From positions 1 to 64,000 of the IMG/VR virus record IMGVR_UViG_3300009506_000005: a stretch of DNA of 64,000 nt, one strand, 5' to 3'. The position numbers were made by a program, and so were the translations under genes. Origin of the DNA: a virus. Shown in pieces: positions 1 through 9,707 of this stretch. The notes under the pieces are model-generated. The model ran no database searches and was not told where the DNA came from. It saw nothing but the letters and a program-made list of their open reading frames with translations. The number at the start of each line of letters is the position of its first letter. Position 1 is the stretch's first letter.

Positions 1-20
1 CGGCAGCTACGGCAGACACG

Positions 21-1307
21 GTGATCAGCCTGGTCAACGGTCCGCTGCCAGGGGACGTGAACATCCCCATCTTCTCTGAGATTCGTACCGAGGAGGTGAC
101 GGACCCGATCAGGGGGCAGATCCAGGAGGCCGCCACCATCCCAGCGGGAAACCTCAGCTCAAGCGATGTGACGTGGGAGCACTCGATCAAGAGGCAGTCC
201 ATCTTCTCCTCGAACGGTCTTGCGGACCAGGAGTTCTTCCTCCCGTTCTCGCCGTACCTCGATGGCTCGCTGGAAATCTCCACCACGAGCTTCCCCACGG
301 GCTGGGAGGAGGTGGACAACTTCCTGGAGAGCGGCCCGAACGATCTCCACTTCACGGTGGAAGTGGACCAGAACGACCACGCCACGGTCACGTTCGGTGA
401 CAACGTGAACGGGAAGATCCCGCCGAACGGAGACACGGTGACCGGGGACCACAAGACCGGAGGTGGAACTGAGGGGAACGTGGAGGCCGGGACGCTCAAG
501 CGCATCATCGGCACCTTCCAGGACACGCTTGGGAACCCGGCATACCTCGTGGCCTCGAACGAGTTCCGGGCGAGCGGAGGCGAGCCACGCGAGACGGTGG
601 CTGCGGCCCGGCTCCAGGCGCCGGCGTCCCTCCGGGTGCTGAACAGGACGGTGGCGCGCGAGGACTTCGAGATCAACGCCCTGCGCGTCGGTGGCGTGGG
701 CCGGGCGCTCATGCTGTCGAGCAACGAGGACACCGGTATCGAGGAGAACAGGGGGCGCCTCTACATCATTCCCTCGTCCGGAAGCGTGCCGAGCTCGGCG
801 CTCAAGTCCGCTGTCCTCACGATGGTGACGGACACCTATCCGAAGACCATCACCTTCCAGGTAGAGGTCTTGGACCCGGCATACCTGGACATCGACGTCA
901 CGGCATCCATCTGGATCCGGGAAGGCTACACGGCTGCCCAGGTGAAGGCCGACATCCAGACGGCTCTGGTCTACTACTTCGAGCCGATCATCACCGATGG
1001 CTCCCCGCTGATCGGCAGGGAGGTCGTGGTGAACGGCGCCACTCTCAAGCTCGCCGCTGGCATGCCGAACCCGAACGTGGACTTCGGATACAACTACAAG
1101 GACGAGGACGGAAACCCAGCTGGGGAGATCGCCTGGTCCGACATCTTCAACGAGGTGCGTGACATCGCCGGCGTCCGGAAGATCGGTGCTGGTCCAGACG
1201 ACTTCTTGCTCAACAACGTGAGTGACGATGTGCCCATAGCCGTCCATCAATTTCCTCAGCTCGGAGACGTGGTGATCAAGGACGGCGAGACCGGGAACCA
1301 GATTTAG
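21..1307 (+). CDS. Baseplate J-like / baseplate wedge protein (5' truncated at window edge)
   Basis: VTFGDNVNGKIPP, TGGGTEGNVEAG, ASGGEPRET..R..AP..LR..NRTVAREDFE motifs typical of baseplate wedge/J proteins; frame is open upstream. Confidence 0.85.
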   Translation: MISLVNGPLPGDVNIPIFSEIRTEEVTDPIRGQIQEAATIPAGNLSSSDVTWEHSIKRQSIFSSNGLADQEFFLPFSPYLDGSLEISTTSFPTGWEEVDNFLESGPNDLHFTVEVDQNDHATVTFGDNVNGKIPPNGDTVTGDHKTGGGTEGNVEAGTLKRIIGTFQDTLGNPAYLVASNEFRASGGEPRETVAAARLQAPASLRVLNRTVAREDFEINALRVGGVGRALMLSSNEDTGIEENRGRLYIIPSSGSVPSSALKSAVLTMVTDTYPKTITFQVEVLDPAYLDIDVTASIWIREGYTAAQVKADIQTALVYYFEPIITDGSPLIGREVVVNGATLKLAAGMPNPNVDFGYNYKDEDGNPAGEIAWSDIFNEVRDIAGVRKIGAGPDDFLLNNVSDDVPIAVHQFPQLGDVVIKDGETGNQI

Positions 1308-1315
1308 GAGAGAGA

Positions 1316-4300
1316 GTGCCCTACCCTTCGCATTGGTGGATGCCAGCTGACAACGCGGACCTCTTCGTGGCGGCCTCCGATCCGAATATCGTCCTTGACT
1401 CGTCAGATCTGGAGAAGTTCAGGCAGGCTCTTTTTGCCTACGGGGCGTTCGACCCGGCCTTGGACCCATCTGTTCAGATGTGCAGGCGCCTCACGTTCGA
1501 GAACCGAGGAGGTGTGCAGCAAGGGGCGAGGCTGGAAGTCCCGGAGAATATGATCCAGGGTTACGCCTACACCGGAGCAGGTCCAAGCGGTCAGCCGGAG
1601 AGTCCTGACTACAGATCCGACGCGCAGAACCGGTTCTATAACTCGTTCGCCTACGGCCTGACCACAAGGGGGTGGATCGGTGGCCCGGCCCTTGGGTTCT
1701 TCCCAGGAATGCGCGTTGCCTGGGCAGATGAGATAGTGAGAGCGGCAAGCGATGCGAGAGGTGGATGGGACGGCGTGGCGATGGCCCTGGTCGACGTATT
1801 CTCCGGGAACGCAGCTCGCTCGTTCTCCACACTTCATGGGAAAGCTTCCACGGACCCGAACTGGATCTACTCCGCCGTAGCCATCGAGAACGTGCAGGAC
1901 ATCGGCGGACCTGCGGTTGTCACGAAGGCGCAGACGAACTGGAACGGAGTTCAGGCCGGGCAGGTGTGGGCCGTGTTGAGTGGAACGTGGCCTGGATCCG
2001 TGCTCGCCATCCTACAGTACTGGGACGGGTTCTCATTTCAGAACCTTGTCATCACACCGAACTTCGATGCGTCCCTCCACTTCCTGGCGCTGCCACCTCC
2101 GCTGGATGGCGGCGTCCTGAACGCCGGGATGCTGGGCCGCGCGTTCGCCGGAGGTACGGAGATCTTCGGATCTGGAGACATCTACACGCACTGGGTGAAT
2201 GAGGTGGAGCTCTCCCAGTTCGAGCCATGGGTGATCGACAGGATGGCCTCTCGGAACGTCATCCCCGTACCGGCAGGAGCGGTGTCTGGATCTGCGGCTG
2301 GAAACATCTGGATCAACCCCTGGGACTTGGCTCACGTGCCGCAGAACGCGAACTTCGGGTCGCCGGTCAACCTGCGGGAGAATGACCTGTTCTGGGGTGC
2401 GTCCGTTGAGCTGGACGAGAACTCTCTGCTCTCTGCCTCCTCGGCCTGGGAGCAGTTCGAGTGGGAGGACTCGCTGAGCAACTCGCGAGCTCGTCTCCGT
2501 ATCGACGGCGACTGGGATGGCTCCGATTCCCCGCTGACAGTGGCCATCCGTGTGAAGATGCGCGATCTGCTCTACTTCCAGGGCCTCGCCCCGGCCGATC
2601 GCTACTGCATGATCTGGGCTCTCGGCACTCAGTACGTTCCCGGTGACCCAGGTGGCGGATCTGGAGTAGACGAGGGAATCGGCTTCTGGTTCGATGCCGA
2701 TACCGAGGAGCTCGTGGCCACCATGTACTCGCCGACGGCCGGTGACTGGGTGGAGGTCCGGGCCCCGTTCTCCATCGGCGAGTTCAACGACCAACGCACT
2801 GAGCTCGCCGTCTCGTGGACTGGGGCAGATGGGACGGACGCCGGGGAGCCGGACTACTCGCTCTCCATCTACGTGAACGGCACGCAGATGGCGCAGACCG
2901 TGATCTCCGATGGCTACGTTGGGGCACAGTCCACGGCTGTCTTGTCTGTAGGATTTTGTAGGCATCAACCTACATTCCCAGGGCGCCAAGGGTTCAGGGG
3001 CCTGTTCTCTGGGCTGGTCATGTACGAGGAGGCGATGACAGCCGAGGATATCGCTTCGGCATTCTCCCCGGATGAGATCGGCGCGCCGTTCTCGAACCCC
3101 TCCTTCGAGGACGCCGGAGAAGGGCCTGGAAACGCCGCGTACTGGGATTGGGTGTCTGAGCAGAAGGTGGCAGCCTGGGCAGAGTTCACGGCGTTTGTAG
3201 GGCGTCTCAGCGCGCCCTGGGAGTCATTCGAGCACCTGGGCTCGCATGCACGGGTGATTTCTCCCGGATCCGAGCCATACGACTTCTCCGTGAGCAAGAC
3301 CCTGACCCTATCCATCGATGACGGTGTGATCCAGAATGTTGTGATCGACCCGGGTGCCTTCACCTTTCAGGACCCGGCGAACGCCACGGCAGAGGAAGCG
3401 GCGGCGGCCATCACCGAGCTGCTCACGGGTGGCAGCGCGGTGGCGTGGCTCGGGACGCATGTCTCGATTGTCTCAGATCGCGACGGCGAGGCGTCCCTGG
3501 TTCAGATCAACATCGCATCTACGGCGGCAATCGAGCTCGGATTCACCGCGGATACCGCCAGCTCGCAAGGTGTCAACGATGTCGGCTGGTACGCACTCCT
3601 CACGGAATACGCCGATGTTGTGGCCGCCATCTTTAACAGTGGTGAGGACCTAGAGGAATCGTTCGAGATCTGGAACGGGCAGCCTTGGAAGGACGCTTTC
3701 ACCTACGTCTCGGCCGAGTGGACGAGCGCGATCGACTACAACGAGGGTTGGGCTCAGGACTGGAAGCTCTCTGCGGACGGGTTCGATGAGGCGTGGAAGG
3801 TGGACCCCTTCTACCAGGGTGGCGGCGGCGACCTCCAATATGTTCCGGGGAATGCCTTGGATGGCTTCCTTCGCTCGCGGCCCCTGACCTTCCCCGTCGT
3901 CGTGCCGGCCACGCGATCCAAGTTCTCGATCTACTGGGTGCGTTCTGGCGGCGCGCCCATCGTCCGCAAGTTCATGGACATGGCACTCACCCCGGGCCAG
4001 TACGATACGCCGGCGGACCTCGTGACCGAGCTCCAGAGCGCCTGGACGACGGCGCTTGCCGGGGAGACAACGTTCCTGGAGTGGGGCTACACGGAGATCG
4101 ACGGCGTGATCCAGCTCTATTTGGGCTGGGACCAGGCCACGGGCAACGGGAAGCGCGAGACTGTGCGCCTCTCCAGCCAGCGCTCTGACGTTTCTTTCGA
4201 GGACGTGAGACAGGATCTCGCGTTTCGCGGTCTTGGCCCGGGTGAACTGGACCAGGACCTCAAGGTGCCGAAGGCGTATGCAGAAGACGAGCAGACCATC

Positions 4301-4645
4301 GGCCCCTGGGACCAGGACCAGCCGTACTACCTCTTCGATGCGTGGTCCTGGTTCACTGTCCAGGTCGAGGAGTTCACGGATGTCCTGCTCCACGTAGTGC
4401 CGTGGGGATGGGACAACGCCCTCTTCGATACATCGGTTGGAAGCGGGTTCAAGTACGACGGGTTCTTCCTCAAGGGATGGACAGATGACGCTGCGGCCGA
4501 GTGGAAGGACAACCTCGGGCTCTACCTGACTACCCAGGCGGAGTTCGATGAGGTGCCACCGAACGATCCGCCGGCTCCGCCCGGCCCGGGCTATCGTTTG
4601 CATGAGGACTTCTATGACGACAAGTGGGCCGAGGAGCTCTACTAG
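1316..4645 (+). CDS. Large virion tail/baseplate-associated protein with LamG/concanavalin-like domain
   Basis: 1109 aa, acidic, Trp-rich; LAVSW..LSIYVNG..FRGLFSGLVMYEEAMTAEDI is LamG-like; sits in tail module. Confidence 0.65.
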   Translation: MPYPSHWWMPADNADLFVAASDPNIVLDSSDLEKFRQALFAYGAFDPALDPSVQMCRRLTFENRGGVQQGARLEVPENMIQGYAYTGAGPSGQPESPDYRSDAQNRFYNSFAYGLTTRGWIGGPALGFFPGMRVAWADEIVRAASDARGGWDGVAMALVDVFSGNAARSFSTLHGKASTDPNWIYSAVAIENVQDIGGPAVVTKAQTNWNGVQAGQVWAVLSGTWPGSVLAILQYWDGFSFQNLVITPNFDASLHFLALPPPLDGGVLNAGMLGRAFAGGTEIFGSGDIYTHWVNEVELSQFEPWVIDRMASRNVIPVPAGAVSGSAAGNIWINPWDLAHVPQNANFGSPVNLRENDLFWGASVELDENSLLSASSAWEQFEWEDSLSNSRARLRIDGDWDGSDSPLTVAIRVKMRDLLYFQGLAPADRYCMIWALGTQYVPGDPGGGSGVDEGIGFWFDADTEELVATMYSPTAGDWVEVRAPFSIGEFNDQRTELAVSWTGADGTDAGEPDYSLSIYVNGTQMAQTVISDGYVGAQSTAVLSVGFCRHQPTFPGRQGFRGLFSGLVMYEEAMTAEDIASAFSPDEIGAPFSNPSFEDAGEGPGNAAYWDWVSEQKVAAWAEFTAFVGRLSAPWESFEHLGSHARVISPGSEPYDFSVSKTLTLSIDDGVIQNVVIDPGAFTFQDPANATAEEAAAAITELLTGGSAVAWLGTHVSIVSDRDGEASLVQINIASTAAIELGFTADTASSQGVNDVGWYALLTEYADVVAAIFNSGEDLEESFEIWNGQPWKDAFTYVSAEWTSAIDYNEGWAQDWKLSADGFDEAWKVDPFYQGGGGDLQYVPGNALDGFLRSRPLTFPVVVPATRSKFSIYWVRSGGAPIVRKFMDMALTPGQYDTPADLVTELQSAWTTALAGETTFLEWGYTEIDGVIQLYLGWDQATGNGKRETVRLSSQRSDVSFEDVRQDLAFRGLGPGELDQDLKVPKAYAEDEQTIGPWDQDQPYYLFDAWSWFTVQVEEFTDVLLHVVPWGWDNALFDTSVGSGFKYDGFFLKGWTDDAAAEWKDNLGLYLTTQAEFDEVPPNDPPAPPGPGYRLHEDFYDDKWAEELY

Positions 4646-4659
4646 GAAAGGGAAGAAAG

Positions 4660-5379
4660 ATGGGAATCGCAGACTGGGCCAACCTTGGGAACGAACTGAC
4701 CTCGGCGGACGTGCGCCGTGGAGTGATCAACGGCGCAGTGGTGACGCCCCCGAACGGAGGCGGCTCGTTTGTCTACGGGTGGAACTCGCTGACGGACGCC
4801 GCAGGCTGCACCGGAAAGTACTGCATCCTGCCGGACTTCGATCCAACGGCGGCTGGCGGCTCGATACGCGCGGCGATCAAGCGCTTGTCGTCCGTCGGGA
4901 ACACAGGCTTCTCACCCCTCTTGTTCTTCGGTGCTCAGGGCGGACCGCCATCTGTGAACGATGAGGCATACATCCTGGGGTTGGAGAACGCTGACCCGTT
5001 CCGGATCGTCCTGAGGAAGGGATCCATCGTGAGCGGGATCCCGCCGACGGACGAGGAGGGATCTACGTACCTGAGACGGTCATCCGGCCAGTTCACGATC
5101 GCCGAGGACAACTGGTTCCATCTCCGGCTCGACGTCTTGGTGCAGCCGAACGGAGACGTCCTGCTCAAGGTGTTCAGAAACGATCTGGACGTCAACCCAG
5201 TCACAGCACCGAACTGGGAGGCGATTACCGGCATGAGTGACTTCGTGGATGATTCGCTGGCCATCGCCTCGGGGAGCGCTCCGCTCCTCGCCGGCAGGAC
5301 GGGCTACGCGTTCGTCACGCAGGAGGCCATCAACAGGCGCGCGGCCGTGGACTTCATCGAGCTGTTCGCCGCGAGCTAG
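4660..5379 (+). CDS. Virion structural protein (beta-sandwich, lectin-like)
   Basis: ATG after GGAAGAAAG; WFHLRLDVLV..DVLLKVF strand pattern; tail module context. Confidence 0.55.
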   Translation: MGIADWANLGNELTSADVRRGVINGAVVTPPNGGGSFVYGWNSLTDAAGCTGKYCILPDFDPTAAGGSIRAAIKRLSSVGNTGFSPLLFFGAQGGPPSVNDEAYILGLENADPFRIVLRKGSIVSGIPPTDEEGSTYLRRSSGQFTIAEDNWFHLRLDVLVQPNGDVLLKVFRNDLDVNPVTAPNWEAITGMSDFVDDSLAIASGSAPLLAGRTGYAFVTQEAINRRAAVDFIELFAAS

Positions 5380-5382
5380 GAG

Positions 5383-6510
5383 ATGAACGTGAGGGCCACC
5401 GACTTCGATCACTATCGCGGAACCTGGCAGGGGAGGATCTCCCCGTCTCTTGTCACGGCACCGGACGGGTCGAAGGTCTTCCTGCTCGGCAGCGAGAACG
5501 ACAGGGAGCGCGCCATCCTCTCTGCGGGAGACTACACGGAGATCTCCCAGGTGGTGGACCTCGATGGGATCGACTTGGTAGGCGCTACCATGGACACCAT
5601 CGGCAGGGTGCTCGATTCGAAGCTTGTAGCGGCTCAGCTCCCAACTGTGGCAGACACGCTCCTCAACTACCCGATGAACCAGCCGCGGTCCGGGGCCCTG
5701 GACGATGCGCTTGGCGAGCACCATCTCCAGGCCCAGGGGGACCTGACGTTTGGCGACTCTTCATACGGCGCCGGAGACGGCCTCTGCCGGGTGATCCCCG
5801 TCAACTCGACGACGGCCAAGCTCATTGGCAGCAACGCTCCGCAGATCCTTCCTCCAACTGGGCTTGGTTCCTACACGCTCGATTTCTGGCTCACGTTCGA
5901 TGCAAATGCTCATCCGGACTCGGCTGGAATCGATCCCATCATCTTCGATCTCTCTGACGGAAACGACGGGCTGAGAGTGTGGCTGTCGGGGGCAACTCCA
6001 TCTCCGGCACATTCCTGGTTCATCGCCATCACCCACTACAACGGAGGCGCGTCAGAGACACGCCTGTTCCCCATACCGCTGACCGTATCGATACCGTGGA
6101 CATTCGTCACCATCGTCTTCCCGGCTGCGGGTGGCGTGGCTGACGGTTACATCAATGGGGCGTTCGTGGCGCCCACCACGGCAATCTTCACGATCGCCCC
6201 GGGACAGCCTTCCGCTGGTACTCCAATCCAAGTTGCGGATCCGGACCTGTGGGGGGAGATTGACTCCGTGCGCCTTTCGAGCTCGGCACACCTGTCAGGT
6301 CAGATTTCTACTGACTACAACACGACTCTGGCGGCGGCAGCCACGAAGGACTACGAGTGGATCATGGAGATATTGGTCGATGACCAGACGTTTGCACGTA
6401 GGATCATCGGCGAGAGCGAGCGCCGCAGATGGACAGAGTTCTTGGCACCTGTTCGCAGGGTGTCAGGCATCCATCGAGTAACTTTCAGGCTCCAGATAAG
6501 AGAGGCATGA
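5383..6510 (+). CDS. Virion protein with LamG-like domain
   Basis: SYTLDFW..WTFVTIVF..GYING..WGEIDSVRLSS LamG signature. Confidence 0.6.
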   Translation: MNVRATDFDHYRGTWQGRISPSLVTAPDGSKVFLLGSENDRERAILSAGDYTEISQVVDLDGIDLVGATMDTIGRVLDSKLVAAQLPTVADTLLNYPMNQPRSGALDDALGEHHLQAQGDLTFGDSSYGAGDGLCRVIPVNSTTAKLIGSNAPQILPPTGLGSYTLDFWLTFDANAHPDSAGIDPIIFDLSDGNDGLRVWLSGATPSPAHSWFIAITHYNGGASETRLFPIPLTVSIPWTFVTIVFPAAGGVADGYINGAFVAPTTAIFTIAPGQPSAGTPIQVADPDLWGEIDSVRLSSSAHLSGQISTDYNTTLAAAATKDYEWIMEILVDDQTFARRIIGESERRRWTEFLAPVRRVSGIHRVTFRLQIREA

Positions 6511-6511
6511 C

Positions 6512-6967
6512 ATGGCCGATCCAGACATCGTAACCACCGCGATACTCGGGCTCAGAAGCCCCAAGGAAAACCTCGATCCTTGGTGGGACAAGTACATCAA
6601 CGCGCAGATGGCCGACCTGGACAAGTGGATCAACAGGGCACTTACGCTCGGCCAGCTGATCGTGGATCTGGACACCGGGGCGCCCTCGATCGTCTGGAAC
6701 GGGTCGTCTGTCACCTTCGATAACTTCTACATCATCTCCCCGGCGTGGGGACAGGGGCGTCTCCGTGTGACGGCGAACTCCCAGGCCATCTCGGACGGCT
6801 ACTCGTTCGTCGGGTCGCTTCCGCAGGAGAAGATCGATGGTGACGTTGACATAACCGGGTACTCGACAACTCAATCGTACCAGGCTGGTCAGATTCCCAT
6901 CTGGAGGCGCTCGGGTTCCATCCTCCACTGGATGCTTCCGATAGCGCAGTCGGTACCGGGAGTGTAG
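6512..6967 (+). CDS. Small tail-associated hypothetical protein
   Basis: Coupled ORF within tail operon; LGLRSP..E..DPW N-terminus resembles fibre-associated proteins. Confidence 0.5.
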   Translation: MADPDIVTTAILGLRSPKENLDPWWDKYINAQMADLDKWINRALTLGQLIVDLDTGAPSIVWNGSSVTFDNFYIISPAWGQGRLRVTANSQAISDGYSFVGSLPQEKIDGDVDITGYSTTQSYQAGQIPIWRRSGSILHWMLPIAQSVPGV

Positions 6968-6976
6968 GAGCAGCGC

Positions 6977-9682
6977 ATGGGATTCGGTAGCGGGCCATTC
7001 GGACACGGACCTTTCGGGCATGCGTATCCGTCCGTTGGTGCGGCTTCCTCGCTGGATCAGCTACTCGCTGCTCTTGGGATTGACCAGGCGCAGGGCATTG
7101 CTGTCAGCGGGCGCCTGGCACTTATCTTCCGCGACCCGCAGCCGGACGAGACCGGGATCGCCATCGATTCCCTCGTGTCACTCAGGATCGTGGATCTAGA
7201 CGGCGACCCGTCATCGCCTCTTCCGATGGACATCACCGTGGAGATCGACCTCGGGAAGGGGCTCGGCTTCCAGGTAGCGTACGATGGCTCGTCTTTCCAG
7301 GCACCGTGGAACGGTCCTGGCAGCGCGGTCACTTCCAGTGGGGGCAGCTCTCCATACGTCTTCCAGGAGATCGACTGTGACCAGTCACCAGAGGTCTTCT
7401 CCTCGGAGCAGGTTGTCGCTGTACGCGTGCAGGTGGCGTTCGCTGGTTCGCCGCCGCCGTCTTCGGATACGCTGGCCGAGACCTACCAGTTCACTGCCCA
7501 GGACCTCACGGCCCCGCGGCTAGTCTCGGCAGAGCCGATCGATCAGGCAACGCTTCGCATCCGGTTCAACGAGGCGATGGAAGAAGACCCGGCTGGAGAG
7601 AACGCCACGGTGATCAGCGCGAACTCCGAGGCCTACGTCTTCTCCGGCGGGGAGACACTGGACGTCCGTATCGATGGCGCCTCTGCTCAGGTGGTCACAT
7701 TCCTCGCCACAAATTTCCTCGATCTCGCCAACGTCAGTGCCGAGGAGGTGGCCAGCGCCATCAACGCCGGGCTCATCGGAGCCCAGGCGGCTGTCTACGA
7801 CGACGGTGGATCGCAGTACGTGGCGATCGCCAGTCTGACGGAGGGAGATGCCTCAAGCATCCAGGTCACCGGAGGCACCGCGAATGTGATCCTCGGCTTT
7901 CCCACCACGGTGGAGATCGGCGAGTCCAAGTCCGTGCTAGCCCCAGAGAACTTCACCGTCGAGCGCCAGAACATCGCCCCGGATGTGGCCGTCAACCTCG
8001 CGGTGGAGAGCGTTGCAGCGTTTGGCACAGATGGCGACACGTTCGATCTCACGTTCAACTGGGAGATGACGCCGAACGCGCCCTACCTCCTGACGGTGGA
8101 TGGAGATGTGGAGGACGTGAGCGGAAACGCGATTGACCCCGCCTGGTCATCTGTCTCCTTCGTTGGATTCCAGCCCCCCGTACCAGCGAACCGCCGCTTT
8201 GATCTGTGGCGCTTCATCCCGCTCATCAACAGGGAGCAGGACAACGCGGGGACCGGGGACCTGCGCAAGTTCATCAACATGCTGCAAGAGGTGCTGAATC
8301 TCCTGCTCTACGATCTGGACACGTTCGCAGATCAATATGATCCAGATCGCGCATCTGACTCGCTCATCCCACTGATCCTCTACGATCAGGGCAACCCGTT
8401 CGCCACGTGGGACGACCTTGATCTGACAGCTCTCCAGCGGAGGAAGCTGAGCAGGATCCTTGTGGCCATCTACAAACTCAAGGGCACCGCCGTAGGCATC
8501 GAGTCCGTCGTCCGCTTCCTCCTTGGCAAGGAGGTGGAGGTGGTGGACTACATCTCAGATGGCTGGATCCTGGGCGAGGACGAGCTCGGTGAGGGCAGCC
8601 AGGCGGAGGTGATCAGCGGCGAGGCAGAGACCTACGACTTCTCTGGCGTGGACCGAGACCTGTGGGTGGCCATCGATGGGGCGAAGCTCATCTCTGACGT
8701 GGACACCGGTGATGACGAATTTGAGATCTACGGGGAGCTCGCCTCGCGGTTCGTTGCGGGCTACGTCTTCCAGGTGGTGGGATCCACGGGGAACGATGGG
8801 ACCTACACCGTCGCGGCGCCTGGCGCCATCGAGGGCGGTGGCCTGACGCGGATTCCCGTGACCACGGCGATCCCCGATGCCACGGTGGACGGCCGTATCG
8901 TGCAGCGCGTCCTGTTCTCGTCCACTGCGGGCGTTGACTTCTCCGATCCAGCAAACGCCACGGCCGAGGAGGTGGCGGATGCTATCGAGGCCCAGCTCAT
9001 CGATGGCGGCGCCTACCACCCGTCCATCGGGACGCGGGCAACCGTCCTGGGAACGATTCCGCAGCCGTTCGTCATCAACCCCGGGGACCAGCTGTTCGTC
9101 GAGGTCAACACGGCGCTGCATACCGTGACGTTCGATGGTACGGAGACGAGTTCCGCGGACGTAGCGGCGGAGATCTCCGATCAGCTACTGTCTCACGGCG
9201 CCGAGGGCTTCGTGGGCCCGGGCAACGAGGTGGGCATCCGCACCCTGGTCTACGGCTCTACGCAGTCGGTGAAGGTGAACGCCGGCGGTATCGAGGCCAC
9301 GTTCGGCCTGTCCACGACGATCCAGTGGGGCACGGATGCAGCCCGTGTGGCGATCACCTCGGACACCGTTGGCATCGGATCGGAGATCGAGATCCTGGGT
9401 GGCACCGCGAACAACGTCCTGGACTACTCGCAGGATTCAACTGGCGGCGCGGGAGGAGCCATCCTCGGGCCTTCGGACTCGTACACGCTCTACAGCTTTG
9501 ACGTGGTGAGCGAGGATCCCCTATCATCTACGGAAGAGGAGATCATCCGGAGGATCGCCAACTACATGCGTTGCTCACATGAACATCTTCGATCCGTAAG
9601 AGGGCCCACGCAGCCCACTCCGATCGAAGGCTGGCAGCTGGGAATCTCGGAACTCGGAATCGATTCGGAGCTCATGGAGTGA
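6977..9682 (+). CDS. Phage tail protein (P2 gpI-like domain) with Ig-like domains and inserted repeat modules
   Basis: YDPDRA..LIPLILYDQG..RRKL..ILVAIYKLKGTAVGIESVVRFLLG = gpI-type signature; DLTAPRLVSA..RIRFNEAM..VEDVSGN Ig-like domain. Confidence 0.8.
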   Translation: MGFGSGPFGHGPFGHAYPSVGAASSLDQLLAALGIDQAQGIAVSGRLALIFRDPQPDETGIAIDSLVSLRIVDLDGDPSSPLPMDITVEIDLGKGLGFQVAYDGSSFQAPWNGPGSAVTSSGGSSPYVFQEIDCDQSPEVFSSEQVVAVRVQVAFAGSPPPSSDTLAETYQFTAQDLTAPRLVSAEPIDQATLRIRFNEAMEEDPAGENATVISANSEAYVFSGGETLDVRIDGASAQVVTFLATNFLDLANVSAEEVASAINAGLIGAQAAVYDDGGSQYVAIASLTEGDASSIQVTGGTANVILGFPTTVEIGESKSVLAPENFTVERQNIAPDVAVNLAVESVAAFGTDGDTFDLTFNWEMTPNAPYLLTVDGDVEDVSGNAIDPAWSSVSFVGFQPPVPANRRFDLWRFIPLINREQDNAGTGDLRKFINMLQEVLNLLLYDLDTFADQYDPDRASDSLIPLILYDQGNPFATWDDLDLTALQRRKLSRILVAIYKLKGTAVGIESVVRFLLGKEVEVVDYISDGWILGEDELGEGSQAEVISGEAETYDFSGVDRDLWVAIDGAKLISDVDTGDDEFEIYGELASRFVAGYVFQVVGSTGNDGTYTVAAPGAIEGGGLTRIPVTTAIPDATVDGRIVQRVLFSSTAGVDFSDPANATAEEVADAIEAQLIDGGAYHPSIGTRATVLGTIPQPFVINPGDQLFVEVNTALHTVTFDGTETSSADVAAEISDQLLSHGAEGFVGPGNEVGIRTLVYGSTQSVKVNAGGIEATFGLSTTIQWGTDAARVAITSDTVGIGSEIEILGGTANNVLDYSQDSTGGAGGAILGPSDSYTLYSFDVVSEDPLSSTEEEIIRRIANYMRCSHEHLRSVRGPTQPTPIEGWQLGISELGIDSELME

Positions 9683-9707
9683 GCTCTGTGAACAAGGGAG
9701 AAGTATC

